From Takakia lepidozioides (taxonomy: Eukaryota; Plantae; Bryophyta): a DNA stretch of 64,000 bases. The stretch spans positions 42,904,001-42,968,000 of the forward strand of contig CM060732.1 of assembly GCA_030704615.1 (NCBI GenBank), in the 5' to 3' direction. Shown here one piece after another: positions 38,615-51,836 of the stretch; positions within the stretch are counted from its first letter, which is position 1; every line of letters begins with the position of its first letter. Both the position numbers and the translations under genes were made by a program. Under the pieces are notes generated by a model. The model saw nothing but the letters and a program-made list of their open reading frames with translations, did no database searches and was not told where the DNA came from.

Positions 38615-41559
38615 CTAGTCATACTCTCTGACCCCTTGAGGTCTTCTCGTAGCAGGTAATCTACTAGATTTCTTTGTGGTAATTTGTATCTCGTGCATCC
38701 CATTATGCACGGTTAGTAACTGAGAATTCCAGTCATGGAATACCCTGGCCTGTTTCAGCCACAGACGTCCCAATAATAAGGAGTAAGCCTCCATGACTTC
38801 ATCCATCTTCAACACAGTTACTGTGATCATAAAGATCATCTTCTGTATCTGTATCTTAATTCCTCTTATTAATCCCAATGGCTATATACTCCTTTGATCT
38901 GCCATTGTTACTGTAAATGGGGCTGGTTTCATATTACTTAGACCAAGTTTCTTTCTTAATTGGTCTGTCATGATATTTACTCCAGAGCCTCCATCTATCA
39001 GTACATCAGTTAGTTCTGTGCTTCCAATTCTCAATTGGATTACTGGCATAGAATCATCAAAGTCCATGACTGTTTCTCGCCCTTCCGGCTTCACATTATA
39101 ACTGGTCACCTTGCTGTTCAGGTCTGTGTTTCCTGTCTGCTGGGCAATTCGATTGATTGCTTGATACAACATGTGTCTACAATAAGGTGCCACAGCCAAT
39201 AGCTGTCCAATGGTAATCTCCGCTTTGGTGTGGCATATTACTTCAGCCAAAGTCCCTTCATTACTTTGCATGTCTGCAGCTTCTTTCTTCCTTTCATCCT
39301 CACTCACTTCTTCTTCTCCATCAGAATCAGAGGAATCTGCCACAGGAATATCAGTACTCTTCTGCATTTCCCTTATGGTATCTGTCACTTCCTTGTGCAG
39401 TTCCTTCTCATCTCTCCAAGCCTCATCATCTTCAGGCATATCACTGCCACCTTCATTATCATCATCTTCCTCAACTACTGGAGGTATTTGTTTGGCTTTG
39501 CTTCTTGTTACTATCATTGTACTTACTTCTGGTACAACACATGGCCTAACCATGTGAGCTGCCACCACTGGGCCCTCATTCACAGGAGCTCTCATCTCAT
39601 TCTGGTGTCTAATCCAGAATGAACAGGCTGCCTTGCGATGTCCTAGCTGATTACAATAGTAACACAGTTCTTCACCATTGGGTCCTTGCCCTTGGTCTGC
39701 TCTTGGATTATTTTTGTAATCCTGATTCCCGGGCTGGTAATTCCCCCTTGGATTACCCTGATAGTTGCCTCTGGAATTTCCTTGGTAATTCCCTCTTGAA
39801 TTACCTCTCCCTTCCATGCCATTGTTATAACCACCAGACCTACCATAGTGGTCCTGATCATGTTTCTTCTTGGCTGGGGCTGCACCTGATGCACCCTTAC
39901 TTGCCTAGGTTCTCTTGCAGCTGTCCTTTTGTTGTAGTAACAATTCTCAGTAGAATGGTTATCCATTTTACAGATAGTACAGTGTTTCTCCTTCATGTGG
40001 CATTCAGTGGTGGTATGGCCTTCATTCTGGCACTTTGCATACCATACACCCTTCCTCCAATGTGTTGCAGCCTCTGTGGCATACTTCTTCAAGATTTCTT
40101 CTAATCTTTTCTCATAGTTATCCCTATTCAACTTCTCATTTTTCTTACTCTTCCTTTTTAGTTCTTGCTCTTCTTCTTCATCTGACTCATCCTCAGAGTC
40201 CTCATCATCCCTTTTCTCTCTCCTGAGCATTCCCAATTGCTCAATTCTGTTTGCAGTTTCAAATGCCTCCTCCACTGTATTATGGGGTAACATATCCACT
40301 TTCTTTTGCAACTCTGGTCTTAGTCCACTCACAAACCAAGTCTTCTGTAAACCTGGTGCTGGTACAGCAGCCAGCTTTTTCATCATCAATTCCATCTTTT
40401 CCATATACTCCTCAACAGTTTCATGCTTCTTTTGCTTTAACTGTTGTAAACTTCCATACACTTCATCCTCAGTTTTACTTGTCCTGAACCTATTTCGGAA
40501 TGCTGTATTCAAGCCATTCCAGGTTAGGAAATGATTATCAGGGAATCTTGCATACCATTCACTTGCTTTCTTGATAAGTGAACAAGGAAACAATCTCATC
40601 TTGGCATCATCGCCATTCTCATTGTTCACTATACACATGTGCTCAAATTGGCTAATGTGTACATCAGGATCCTCTTTTCCTGAATATATTGGAAAAGGTG
40701 GTTTTGCCCGTGTTGGTTGTAACGCCATCTGTGGCCCTACCTTCTGGCCACTGACAGGTGCTGGCACCCTTGCTGGTCCTGGTCCTTCAGGACCTGTTGT
40801 TGTTGTGGTGGATCTTCCACCAAGTGGTGGCCCTTGAGCACTCCCTGCTACTGGCCCCACGATATTCACAGTATTCCCAGCTCCAGTTGCACTACTTCCC
40901 ACACTCCCTGTCCCCCCAGAGCCAGATCCAGGCAGCCCGCCTGATCCCCTTGAGCCGACACCTTCATTGGCCTGTGATCCAAGTGCTCCACTTGATCCAG
41001 GTCCAACGGGTTGGGATGTCATGGTTGTAGTCTCAACCTCAGCTGTTGGGTCTACTTCTTCATACTCTTCCTCTTCCAATTTCTTCTCTCTATTTTCATC
41101 CTCCAAGTTCTGCCCTTGGGTTTCTTCTTCACTCATGTTACTCAACTGCAATGGTGTTGGAGAGTCTGAACTCTCCGTTGGCTCTACCACATCCTCTCCT
41201 CCTTCTTCACCTTCCGCTTCAGAAACTGGAGTTCCTGCTTTTGGTGTTCCATGCCAACTCTTATCAAAGATTTCTGTTAAATCTTTTATCCAGGGATGTA
41301 CCTCAGATCTTTCACCTCGTGATTGATCTTCTTCCCGTACCAATTCCCTTAATCTTTCTTGCAAAGAAAAAGAAGGAGTGGCATCCAACTCTAGTTCTTC
41401 CGGTATGGGTGATGTACTATTTGATCTTAATGGTGTGAGAGGTCCAGATGATTCCCCTATGTCTATTCCTCTCTCCCAAAGATATGGATAATTAGCTTTC
41501 AGATAGCTTTCTCTTTTTGCTGAATATCTCTAGCGTCTAGCTTCTCTTTTATCACTCAT
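38615..41559 (-). pseudogene. Retrotransposon gag and aspartic protease (disrupted)
   Basis: Capsid-like region (FPIYSGKEDPDVHI..LFPCSL..ASEWY..LKQKKHETVEEY), zinc knuckles (CTICKMDNHSTENC, CYYCNQLGHRKAAC), protease LIDGGSGVNIM and LLLGRLWL. Stops at ~41531 and ~38882, frameshift near 39820. Confidence 0.9.
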
Positions 41560-42148
41560 GTCCCATGTCTTTCATTTCTTTTAATGTGGCAATAACCAAA
41601 ACTCTCTTCTGTAATATCTCTCGTATATGCCTGGGTTTCTTTCAAGCTTCAATGCACGCTTGGCTATACTAGAAGTCTCCGTTACCATATAACCATATGG
41701 CAAACAAGTCTGGAAAGCTGTTCTTGGTGTGAGTTTGATCCACAAAATATCCTTTGGAATCCAATTCTTTACCAGTACAAACTCTTCATGCATATGAGTA
41801 TAAACATTCACCTTTCTTTCCTCCCAGCCTTCAAACTCTACTCGCTTAATGGATAACAATGCTATCACATAAACCAGTGTTGGTAACCAACGTGCTCTTC
41901 CTCTACAGGCCACCTGATAAATCTTTATTACTCATTTCTCCAGACCCCACTCAGGGTCAGCATCATGCACTCTCTTAAGAATGTTTTCTTACAACCGTCT
42001 GGCAATTCCAAGAACCTCTGAAAGAATCGTTTGGACAATCTTTCTTTCTCAGTTTCACAAGGAATTTGATTCACATCAAATTCTTTAATTCTCCATCCAC
42101 CATGATCCCACCAGATGCCTGTCACATCTGGTTGTTCATGACCCAGTT

Positions 42149-42165
42149 CCCCAGTATGGTCGCCA
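42149..42165 (-). promoter_or_regulatory. Primer-binding site of the retrotransposon
   Basis: TGGCGACCATACTGGGG lies 2 nt inside the 5' LTR; TGG is complementary to the tRNA CCA end. Confidence 0.8.
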
Positions 42166-42167
42166 AA

Positions 42168-43185
42168 TGTCGCGCGGCTTTTACTCACCCATCCCTTCGC
42201 TATCCGAGGCGGGAACTCCAATATAGAAGAGTTGGAAATCTCTAAGCACTCAGCCCGCTCAAAACAATCAGTCATGACCTACAGCTAGTGTATCATGGGG
42301 GTGTTTCCTATTTGTTTTCCTTCCTGCATTCATGTTAGCTAGTTACTTTACTGTTGGTATTTAAGTATCAGTTTGCTTTAGCAATCTATCGGATTCCATC
42401 AACTCATCCATTCATTCCACAGCTTCACTCAGATCTCTCTACACAGTGTGAGTAGGAAGTATGTATCAGATTAATATCCATCAAGTATCAGGCTGAAGCC
42501 ATGGAGTCTCTAATCTGCTCTACATTACAACTCTACTGCTTGCATTCATCAAGCATCAACAGATCGTTCTCCTCCTACTCCGTGCTCTCCCTCTTTCTGC
42601 TCAGAGATGCGCTCTCCGCTTCATTTCTCCCCCCTTGATGTGCGTAGTCCCCCAAGAAGTCCCATTTTTCAGTCCTTGCTCCTGGCTTTATCTTCCTACC
42701 CGTTGTTCTAACCGTTTCCCTCACTAACCGTCATCCGTGAACTAACATGTTCCATTCGCAGATGTTGTTCCCCACAGTCGTTCCCTGTCCTGCTATCCGT
42801 TCCCTATGGTCGTGACAGCTGTGACTGGCTGTGTGAAACTGTGACTGGCTGTGTCGGGCTGTGTCGAGCTGTGACTGGCTGTGGCGGCTGTGTCGGCTGT
42901 GTCGGACTGTGACGGGCTGTGTTGGCTGTGACGGCTGTGTCGGCTGTGTCGGACTGTGACGGGCTATGTTGGCTGTGTCGGCTGTGTCGGACTGTGACGG
43001 GCTGTGTTGGCTGTGACAGCTGTGTCGGACTGTGACGGGCTGTGTTGGCTATGACGGGCTGTGTAACCCCCCTTAAAGTGCGGTGTTGTCACCCCTAAGG
43101 CTCCCGCTGGTCTCAGTCTGTGCAAAAATTAAGGGTACCCCACAGATCTCGTAAAAGTGCCTAAGTCCCAGACAGTCCTCTAACA
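42168..43185 (-). repeat. 5' LTR
   Basis: TG...CA ends. Near-identical to the 3' LTR except in the minisatellite. Confidence 0.95.
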
Positions 43186-43399
43186 ATGGACGTGGCTTAA
43201 CAATGATCGCAAGATATATGAGATTAAAATACGTGGTTGTACAAGGTTAGATCATGTGATGGAAATTATTTTGAATCGTTAGATTTTACAGGATCTAACG
43301 GTCTAGATTGTTTAATATCTAACGGTTTAAGATTACACCGCCGAACTTTACACCGGGCTGGGACTTAGGCTTTTTTGTCTCCTGCGTTTCACCATCTAT

Positions 43400-46205
43400 T
43401 TGATGTTATGTCATGGAACGCAATGATCACAAGATATGCAGGGGCGTGGGATGGAGGCTTTGCAGACCTTCCTACTCTTAAGCAAATGATGCAGGAAGGA
43501 GAAGAGGAGGAGGAGAGGAGACAAGGAGAAGATCCCAACATTCTTGTGAGCTCGCCGTTTTTGGGAGAGAGACGAGACGAGGAGACGCTCGCCGTTCTTG
43601 GGAGAGTCAGCTTGGTCTTAGTAGGCCGTGTTTCAATCTCTGCCTGCTCAGCTGCACCATGGTGGTTCGATCTCACATACCAATCCAACATTACCTGACT
43701 ACAGATACAAGCAGCACACACAAGGGGTCCTTTTGGGCTGATGGTCAGTCAAATCCTCTATGGGTCATGATACAAGGTAAAGGACAATGTGGTGAGGATA
43801 CCTTCTTCTTTGACCTATTTCAGCCTGTTTTGCTCTGTTTGGCAGCATGAAAGTATCCAAAAACAGGTAATAGAGATGAGGAGAAGCTTTGGAATAAACA
43901 CTTTTCCGACCCCAGTCAATGGCGAGACAATGGAGACAAAAAGGTGAATGCATGTTGGACTACACTAGAGAGAAGTAGATGCAATTTAGAATTAGAACTA
44001 CTGTAATAATTAGGGTTGGGGTTTGCTGGAAGAACTTCACGCCATCAGTGTCAGCTGCTAGCAACAAGCATTCATGATTTGAGGGATGAAGGCTTTGGAG
44101 ACCTATGAGCCAATTATGAGGGAAGGGATACTGAAGCCCGACCACATAACGTGTGTATGTGTTTGCAATGCGTGTACAAACCTGGCAGCCCTGGAAAATG
44201 GCAGAAGGTCTATGGTTGCATCGTCAAAGTTGCAAATGTACCAGATGTCATTTTGAACACTCCCCTGGTGGACAATATGTATGCCAAATGTAGGTGTAGC
44301 AAGGATGCAAAGGGAGTGTTCAATAACATGGCTGAACAAGATGTGGTGTCTTGGAGTACCATGATGACCACCTTCCCCGGTGACTCTCTCTCTCTCCCTC
44401 TCTCTCCCTCTCTCTCCCTCTCTCCAACTACTTGTTTGGGATTATCAATTTTTTTCCATAATACTTATTTTGGAAATACTATATATTTTTAATCCCAATT
44501 TTTAAGGTTTCATCCATACTGAATGAAATTTTTGTTATAACCATAACTGGATGATTTATAGGCAGATATGCATTTCAATGCATTTTAGGTTTATGCTCCT
44601 TTGATTTAAACCTATTGAATGCCCATTTTTCATCCTGGTCTGATACCATCCATACCGGATGGTGGATGAAATCGCGGGTGGTTTTCCTTTAAGTGTCTCT
44701 CTGCCCTAGACACAGCACGATATCGTGCGTGTTTTTTTTTCTCTGGAAGAGGGCGATGGCGGACGAATGCTCGATGGCGGCTGAATGCCTGAGCAGCAAG
44801 ATCCGAATGGGTGTGTTCTTGTTTTTTGAACGCGCGATGATGGCAGACACTTTCATCTCCCGCGATGGCAAATGACATACTGTTATGTTTGCCTACGTTT
44901 TTTCCTCATTGATGAAGCAACGGCGGTTATGGAGGTGGGGAAGCAGCCTGTATTACAAGATATAACCTGTCCTCAACTCTCCTCCCGTTGCATTCTGTTG
45001 TGCTCGTTCAAATTCAGATGATGAACACTGCAGCGTCCTACTCCACAAAAGATTGAGGTTCTTTGTGGTGTCACATCTATGCTTTCTTCTGCTGGTTCTG
45101 TGATCTTTGCATGCTTTATGGCTCATACCTGACATGGATAACAACTGTGAAATCCTGTAATTCACCTCGCGCATCCTCACTAACGCACAAAACATTTTTT
45201 GTGTTTGTTTTTGGGACGGGCGTAGGTGAGGGATTTCACTTGGCATGAACTCTTTGGCTTGCAGATGATCTGGTTACTGCAGGAGGGATAAGATATGCTG
45301 CAATCTGCCGTTGTTGCAATTTTCTGCTTCAAAGCTGCTTCAAAGGGGATATGCCTTAAACCTACTTTGATTTCTGGTTCTTGGTAACCAAATCTGTTAA
45401 GTCAGGGAAGTAAATGGGCTGGGCCTCCTAGAAATCAGACCTTATTGTGAAGGTTCGGGCTGGTTGTGATGACAAGGGTTTGATGATGCAAGTGTGACAT
45501 TGGATGCATTTTTCCAGACCTGTTTTCTGGCCTTTTGGAGAGTCAGACAGTGCTGTTTATGCCTCACCAGTTTAGAATGTATCAAGTAAGGCATTGGGTA
45601 AGCCTTTTTAAGAACACATACATTCTTTCAAGCTCCCCCATGGAGATTATAACCTGATTACAGACTTGTATTTTTGAGGATCTCTCTAAAACTTGGCAGA
45701 GTGACTGGATAAGGCCCTGGGATACATACCATAGCCCTGCATCTACTTATGGAAGTACAATCAGTTCAGCTTGTGCTTTTAGGAACATACAAGAGCTGTA
45801 ATAGGGAATTGTTTTCATCAAAGCTCTCACTCTTAGGCCTGTTGGAATGGTTTTCTCAAAGACCTGTTGAGCTTACAACATATTTGTTTAAGCTATTTGA
45901 ACCCAAGAATTACCAAGCCAGTATTTTTAAAGGGTTTTTTTTATTACGAACTGTATTCTTAAGCTCCCCCCAGAGATTGGGAATGTGACATGGTAATGGC
46001 TCTCTCTCTCTCTCTCTCTCCTCCTCTGATACATGATACATATATACATGATTTGTGCAGAGACATGGATAGCTGAAGGAGCAGGGATAGAGTGTGTGGG
46101 TCCAGATTCATCCAAAAGGGCCGGATTTCAATCTCCAGATTACATATGATTCCCTGTGGAAGAATAGCTACAAGAAACCTACATGGATAGATGATCAATT
46201 GGTTG
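43400..46205 (+). pseudogene. Captured fragments of PPR and OSB-type PDF-motif exons
   Basis: DVMSWNAMITRYA..QMMQEG (43400-43500); TNPTLPDYRYKQHTQ..DGQSNPLWV (43678-43770); degenerate P-L-S triplet 44085-44370; ag|IHPKGPDFNLQITYDSLWKNSYKKPTWIDDQL (46105-46200). Confidence 0.8.
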
Positions 46206-49099
46206 GTCGTGAGCTGAATAGCACGACCCCTGCAGGGATGTCTCTCCATCTGTAGATCTTTTAAGAAGTGGAAGGCTAGGCCTAGGGCCCAGCTTTCTTA
46301 TGACATTGTTAGCTGATTTTCAGTTCTTCTCCTTAGCTCGGTGCCTTTTTGTTTCCAAGTTATGACAGTAGTTTCTGGCTGCAGTCTCTTTTCCTGCTAG
46401 ACTCTTTAGCTCTATGCAGACCCCCTTCTTTGCTTGCCTTCCTTCTTACTACTCTTTCTTGTCTTGGTACGCGAAGCTGTGTCTTCCTCTTTCAATCTCT
46501 ATGGCACTGTATCCAAAGGTTATTTTTCCTCTTTGTATCCAAAAACATTTTATGTCCATTACCTATAAAGTTCTATAAAGTTCTAGAGGCCACTGTCCCC
46601 ACTGTCCCTCTTTGTTAACAAAAATAAAAATAATAAAAAAAGACAACAATGGCTTCCATTCTATTTTCCTAGAAACCTAATGAGAATTTAAATCAATTAA
46701 TAATCTAAATATTATAATTGTATGATTTAATTTATTAAATTAAAATATTATTAAAAAACCTCTTTAGTCATGAAGTTATATACTCATGACTACATCATGG
46801 CAACGTGGCATTATATGATACGATATTTCTTTCCCACTTGTGGGTCATATATGTTGTCCATGTGGACACGTGTCACATCCGGAGTGCTACATATGTCTCT
46901 CTGACGCCTCTCCAATGGAATTATACTTTGTAGTCATATAGTTAGTCATATATAAATCATATAGTTGTGACTACATCCTCTCTACAACATGACTCCAGGT
47001 GCCACGCACGCAGTCACGGCTATGACTTGCAAAACGCAGTCCTAAAGACTAGTCGCTATGACAGGGTTTTTTTCACTGCAGAGTGATATAGTCATGAACG
47101 CATATAGGACTTAAAAAATAGTCATATGTGCAGTCATAAAAACGCTCATCTGTTGTTGTGAATGCTCGCCTGTTCAGATGGTCAGATTGAAGAAATGCCA
47201 CCTCACTAGTAGAAAATCCGGCTTTTACGCTGCTATTTTCCAATCATATCAGTATTTTATGACTGCATGACTGCCAGTCAGATAAACCCAGTCAGTTGTG
47301 ACAAATGAGTCGTAAGCGCCATAGAGTCGTATCTGCCAATCGTGGAGCTCACTGTTGACGTGACAACAGGGACGCCTAATCATAGTCATTGATAAGACCG
47401 TAGTAAATGACTGCGAATCCATGTGAGCTTCACGTGGTACAGAAGGGATATGCCACATGTCACAACAAAGGGAAGGCGACAGGGTCTTCACTATTGGCAT
47501 ATACGACTTTCGTGGATTAACCCCATGACAACACGTGGACAATACCGGGCATGACACGTGGCAGGACAGGGTGAGGGGGTCTTCCCCCCATTGCTACCTA
47601 CTGCTGGAATTAGCATGGCTCATGTTCCTGGGCTGTCTTTCGAAGATTCCATCGGCTGTGTTGAAGAAGCTTCATCCATGCAGCTTCAGCAGCGCTAGAA
47701 AATATGAACAATGTCATAAGCAAATCTAAGTAATGTCAAGGGCACAGCTGTAGGCCAGGGTCATCACACATGCATGTCTTGCTGAAGAAGTTACTTTAGT
47801 TTACTCCTTCAGAAGCCAAAGTATTGTCAATGACAAAGGTACAGACATGCAGCAAAACAGAGCCAGACATCCACCAACATAACCTAGAATTGCCAGGACC
47901 ATTATTTTGGTAGGATACGTCCAGAATAGTACAAAGGACTGTCCAACCAGCCCCCACACACAAGTTCAGTGCATCAATCAGTACAAGGTGCTGAGCATAC
48001 ATGCTATACATGCTTTTCCTACCATCACCTCCTTCAACACAGCAAACAGATGAAGAACTCTGCACCTAGGTTCCCCTAAAAACCTTTCATCTGTAAGGAA
48101 CTTCACCAATCTTGCAAAAACTCAACTCAACCAGATACTTTCATGGCAGAGAGGCGTCATTCACTCATTCCGCTACCCATTTCAGCCATGAAACATAGGC
48201 AAGTGCATGTCCTCGAAAAATATGAGGAATAGCCTAAGAGCGCCACTGGTAAAGATACGGAGGGTCAAAAGAAGGAAGTGGAACACGCCATAAACCCTTG
48301 AGTGATGCCATCAAAGGTAATCCGCTGCCATGAATCAAAGTAAGAGAAGATGTCGAACTTGGTTTTGGCTGCAATGCCTGCTGATGCTAGTATCATGATC
48401 ACAAAATAGCAAAGAAAGAAGGAAGAACTTGTAGTTACGAGCTCCAACACAGTTGACCACCCAAACACAGTGGTGCATGGTCCATCTTCAAAATGCATCG
48501 CCCACCTGTCCATTGCTATTCCATCCCATCCATCACTTGTCCACTTGATCTCTTACTACATTGGACACAAATGCAACAGTTACTACAACATGTAGCATGC
48601 CTACAGTGGCATGGTTATTCTCATACCATAGACAGGCTTGCTTGTTCGGTTATTCCTCGAGGGATTTTGGGACCAGTGGGGCTCTGGACAAGTGCTTGTG
48701 GAGTGGAAACTATAAGGACTCAACAATAATGGGCTGCTTACAAAGAGCATTGGTCACATAGGACTGACAGGACTTCCGGGAGTTCACAACGTACTCAGAA
48801 TGCTCAATCAACCACAGCACTTTGAGGCAAATGGAGCAAACACATCTAGTAGAATAAATAAGCTGTCAAGTATACAATACCCATTTCTCGATTCTGTTGC
48901 AACAACATAACCTTCAACAATAACATTAGTGAAGACTTGCATTACTCTCCTGAAAGTATTTACAGAACAGAAGGAACCTCTTAGGGTCCCACCCGTGGTA
49001 CCATTGACTGGGGTCAGAAAGTATTCATTCCACAGCTTCTCCTTGTCTCTGTTACCTGTTTGTGGATACTTTCCTGTTGTCACAGTGGCAGTATCATGT

Positions 49100-51360
49100 G
49101 AAAGTCACTCCAAACTATCAAAGAATTCAACATGAAAATTTAGGGCCGATTGATAAGAGGGAAAAACAGGGTGAATTGTGTTGAAGAAGGTGCCTTGATT
49201 ACCAGTGCCTGATTTTATCAACCCATGCAGGTTTCTTGTACCTATCCTTCCACATCGAATCATAGGTAATCTGGAGCTTCAGATCTGGCCCTCTTGGATG
49301 AATCTGGACCCACACTCTATCCATGCTCCTCCAGGTCGGAAAAGCGTTCATTCCAAAGCTTCTCTTCATCTCTGTTATCTGTTTTTGGGTACTTTCCTGC
49401 TGTCATATCGGCAATAACTTGTGAAAGTCACTTCAAACCACCACAGATCCACCCAACGAGCTAACTTACAGAATTTAATATGCAAATTCAGGGCTGAGTC
49501 TGATGAGAGGGAAAAACAAGTTGAAATAGGTCGAAGAAGAAGGTATCTTTACCACATTGTCCTCGTCCTTGTGTCATGACCCATGGAGGATTTGACTGAC
49601 AATGAACCCAAGAGGACCTCTTGTGTGTGCTGCTTGTGTCTGTAATCACGTAATGTCGGATTGGTCCGTGAGAACCACCACTGTGCAACTGAGCGGGCAG
49701 AGATTGAAACACGACAAGGGTGAAATGTGTGGAAGAATGTACCTTCATTAGCAATGCCTTGTTCTACCAATTGTGTTGCTGCCCCTGCTGTTTCCAGTTG
49801 ACCATCCACCCACGCAGATACTTTCCTGCTGCCACATCAGCAGAGACTTGTCAAAGTCACCCCAAACCACCAGAGATCCATCCACCGAGCTAACTTACAG
49901 AATTCAATATGCATGTCAGGGCCAAGTTTCCAAAGCTTCTCCTCATCTCTGTTATCTATTTTTCGACACTTTCCTACAGTCACATCGGCATTAACTTGTC
50001 AAAGTCACTCTAAACGGCCACCACACATCCACCCCAACGAGCTCACTTACAGAATTCAATATGCATCTCGGGGCCAAGTCTCATGAGAGGGCAAAACAAG
50101 CTGAAGAACTCCAGCCATGAACCTGTCACATGTCAAAATCACTCCAAAACATGTCAAAATCACTGGAAAACCACCAGAGATCCATCAAGGAGCTAACTTG
50201 CAGAATTCAACATGGAAAATTGAGGGACGACTCTGATGACAGAGAAAAACAGGCTGAAATGTGTTGAAGAAGGTGCCTTCATTAGCAGTGCTAGTTGATA
50301 CTGCACTAACAGTGCCACTACCAGTTGACCATCTGTTTCTTGTAGCTATCCTCCACAGGGAAGAGCTTGAAATCCGGGAATCTTGGATGAATCTGGAACC
50401 ACAATCTATCCCTGCACTCCTTCAGCTATCCATGTCTGTGTACAAATCGTGAATACATCCTCAGCCTTGCTGCAGCTAGCAGCTGAAGCAGCTGACACTG
50501 ACGCCCTAACCCTACCTACAGCAACATGTCAAAATCACTCCAAAACCACCATCGATGCACCAACGAGCTTCTCCTCATCTATGTTATCTGTTTTTGGATA
50601 CCTTCCTGCTACCACATCGGCAGTAGCTTGTCAAAGTCACTCCTAACCACCACAGATCCACCCAACCAGCTAACTTACAGAATTAAATATGCATCTCGGG
50701 GCCGAGTCTGATGAGAGGGTAAAACAGGCATAAATAGGTTGAAGAAGAAGGTGCCCTCACCACATTGTCCTCCACCTTGTGTCTTGACCCATGGAGGATT
50801 GGACTGACCATGAAACCAAGAGGACCTCGTGTGTGTTGCTTGTGTTCGTAGTCAGGTAATGTCGGATTGGTCCGTGAGAACCACCACGGTGCAACTGAGC
50901 AGGCATAGATTGAAACACGACCTGCTAAGACCAAGCTGACTCTCCCAAGAACCTTGTAAACATCAGGAAGAATACCAAATCATGGTACTAACAGGAGCCG
51001 AGAGCACATTTGCAGGATGGACAAACTTCTTCACATCGTACATTAAGAAAAAGCCACACCTTCCGATTACGGTTGTCCCACCAGCGTGAAGGATCTTTCA
51101 AAAACTCATGCCAGCTCTGCTCCGTGCTGCAAATGCAGGGCCGAGTCTGATGAGAGGCCAAAACAGGCTGAAATAGCTCGAAGAAGAAGGTGCCCTCACC
51201 ACATTGTCCTCGACCTTGTGTCTTGACCCATGGAGGATTGGACTGACCATGAAACCGAGAGGACCTCTTGTGTGTGCTATTTGTGTCTATAGTCAGGTAA
51301 TGTCGGATAGGTCTGTGAGAGCGGCCACGGTGCATTCGAGCAGGTAGAGATTAAACACGG
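49100..51360 (-). pseudogene. Tandem degenerate PDF-motif (OSB-like) exon repeats
   Basis: TEQSWHEFLKDPSRWWDNRNRK|gt (51125-51060); TNPTLPDYEHKQHT..HGQSNPPWVKTQ copies at ~51310, ~50870 and ~49665; IHPRGPDLKLQITYDSMWKDRYKKPAWV (~49300); IHPRFPDFKL (~50390). Confidence 0.8.
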
Positions 51361-51836
51361 CGTGCTATCGCGATGCTTTGGCACTAGGAAGACGCAGCCC
51401 GTTAAAAACACCAAGTCCCCTGCACTCTATGCGACCTAGCAACCCTAAATTCGAGCCAATCTTTTGAAATTTTTGAACGTTTTGCACCCTAACAATATAT
51501 AAAATGATTATATATTCCATGTCATTATATAAAGGTATTTTTAGCTTTATATATTTGTATATATATATTCATAGTCATTAAGTGGTTGTCATCCCTATTG
51601 TCTTCGAGTAAGTAATTTGAGCATTGACTGATCATGTTGGGTTACACTCCCCTGTTCTACACTGAGTTGCACTAGTTTGGAGTTGCACTGCTGACTAGTT
51701 GTGTAACACCGTACAAAGGGTTACACATGAGGTGGGTTACACTACTGGGTTACACCACAGCCGGGTTACACCACAATGAGTTTCATTGGAGAGTTTTTTT
51801 TTCTATTATGACGTTACGGCTTTGTTTGTGTTGCAG

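Larger units (their letters stand above)
31632..43185 (-). mobile_element. Ty3/gypsy LTR retrotransposon (non-chromovirus type), both LTRs present, integrase deleted
   Basis: ~1-kb LTRs at 42168-43185 (5') and 31632-32632 (3'). TSD atgga at 31627-31631 and 43186-43190. PBS tggcgaccatactgggg next to the 5' LTR, PPT gagaggggaagggg next to the 3' LTR. Order gag-PR-RT-RH. Confidence 0.96.
31075..47160. mobile_element. Non-autonomous CACTA element (Pack-type) containing a nested LTR retrotransposon and captured PPR/PDF fragments
   Basis: Left TIR cactacaagagatgaacgtttttaggactac. The right TIR reverse-complements to cacaacaacagatgagcgtttttatgactgc. 3-bp TSD aat at 31072-31074 and 47161-47163. ATGACT/AGTCAT subterminal repeats at both ends. 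Confidence 0.88.

Noticed and set aside
47790-49080. Hydrophobic and Cys-rich reading frames inside the second CACTA
   Set aside because: They may be captured gene debris, but every frame has stops and no family is recognisable.
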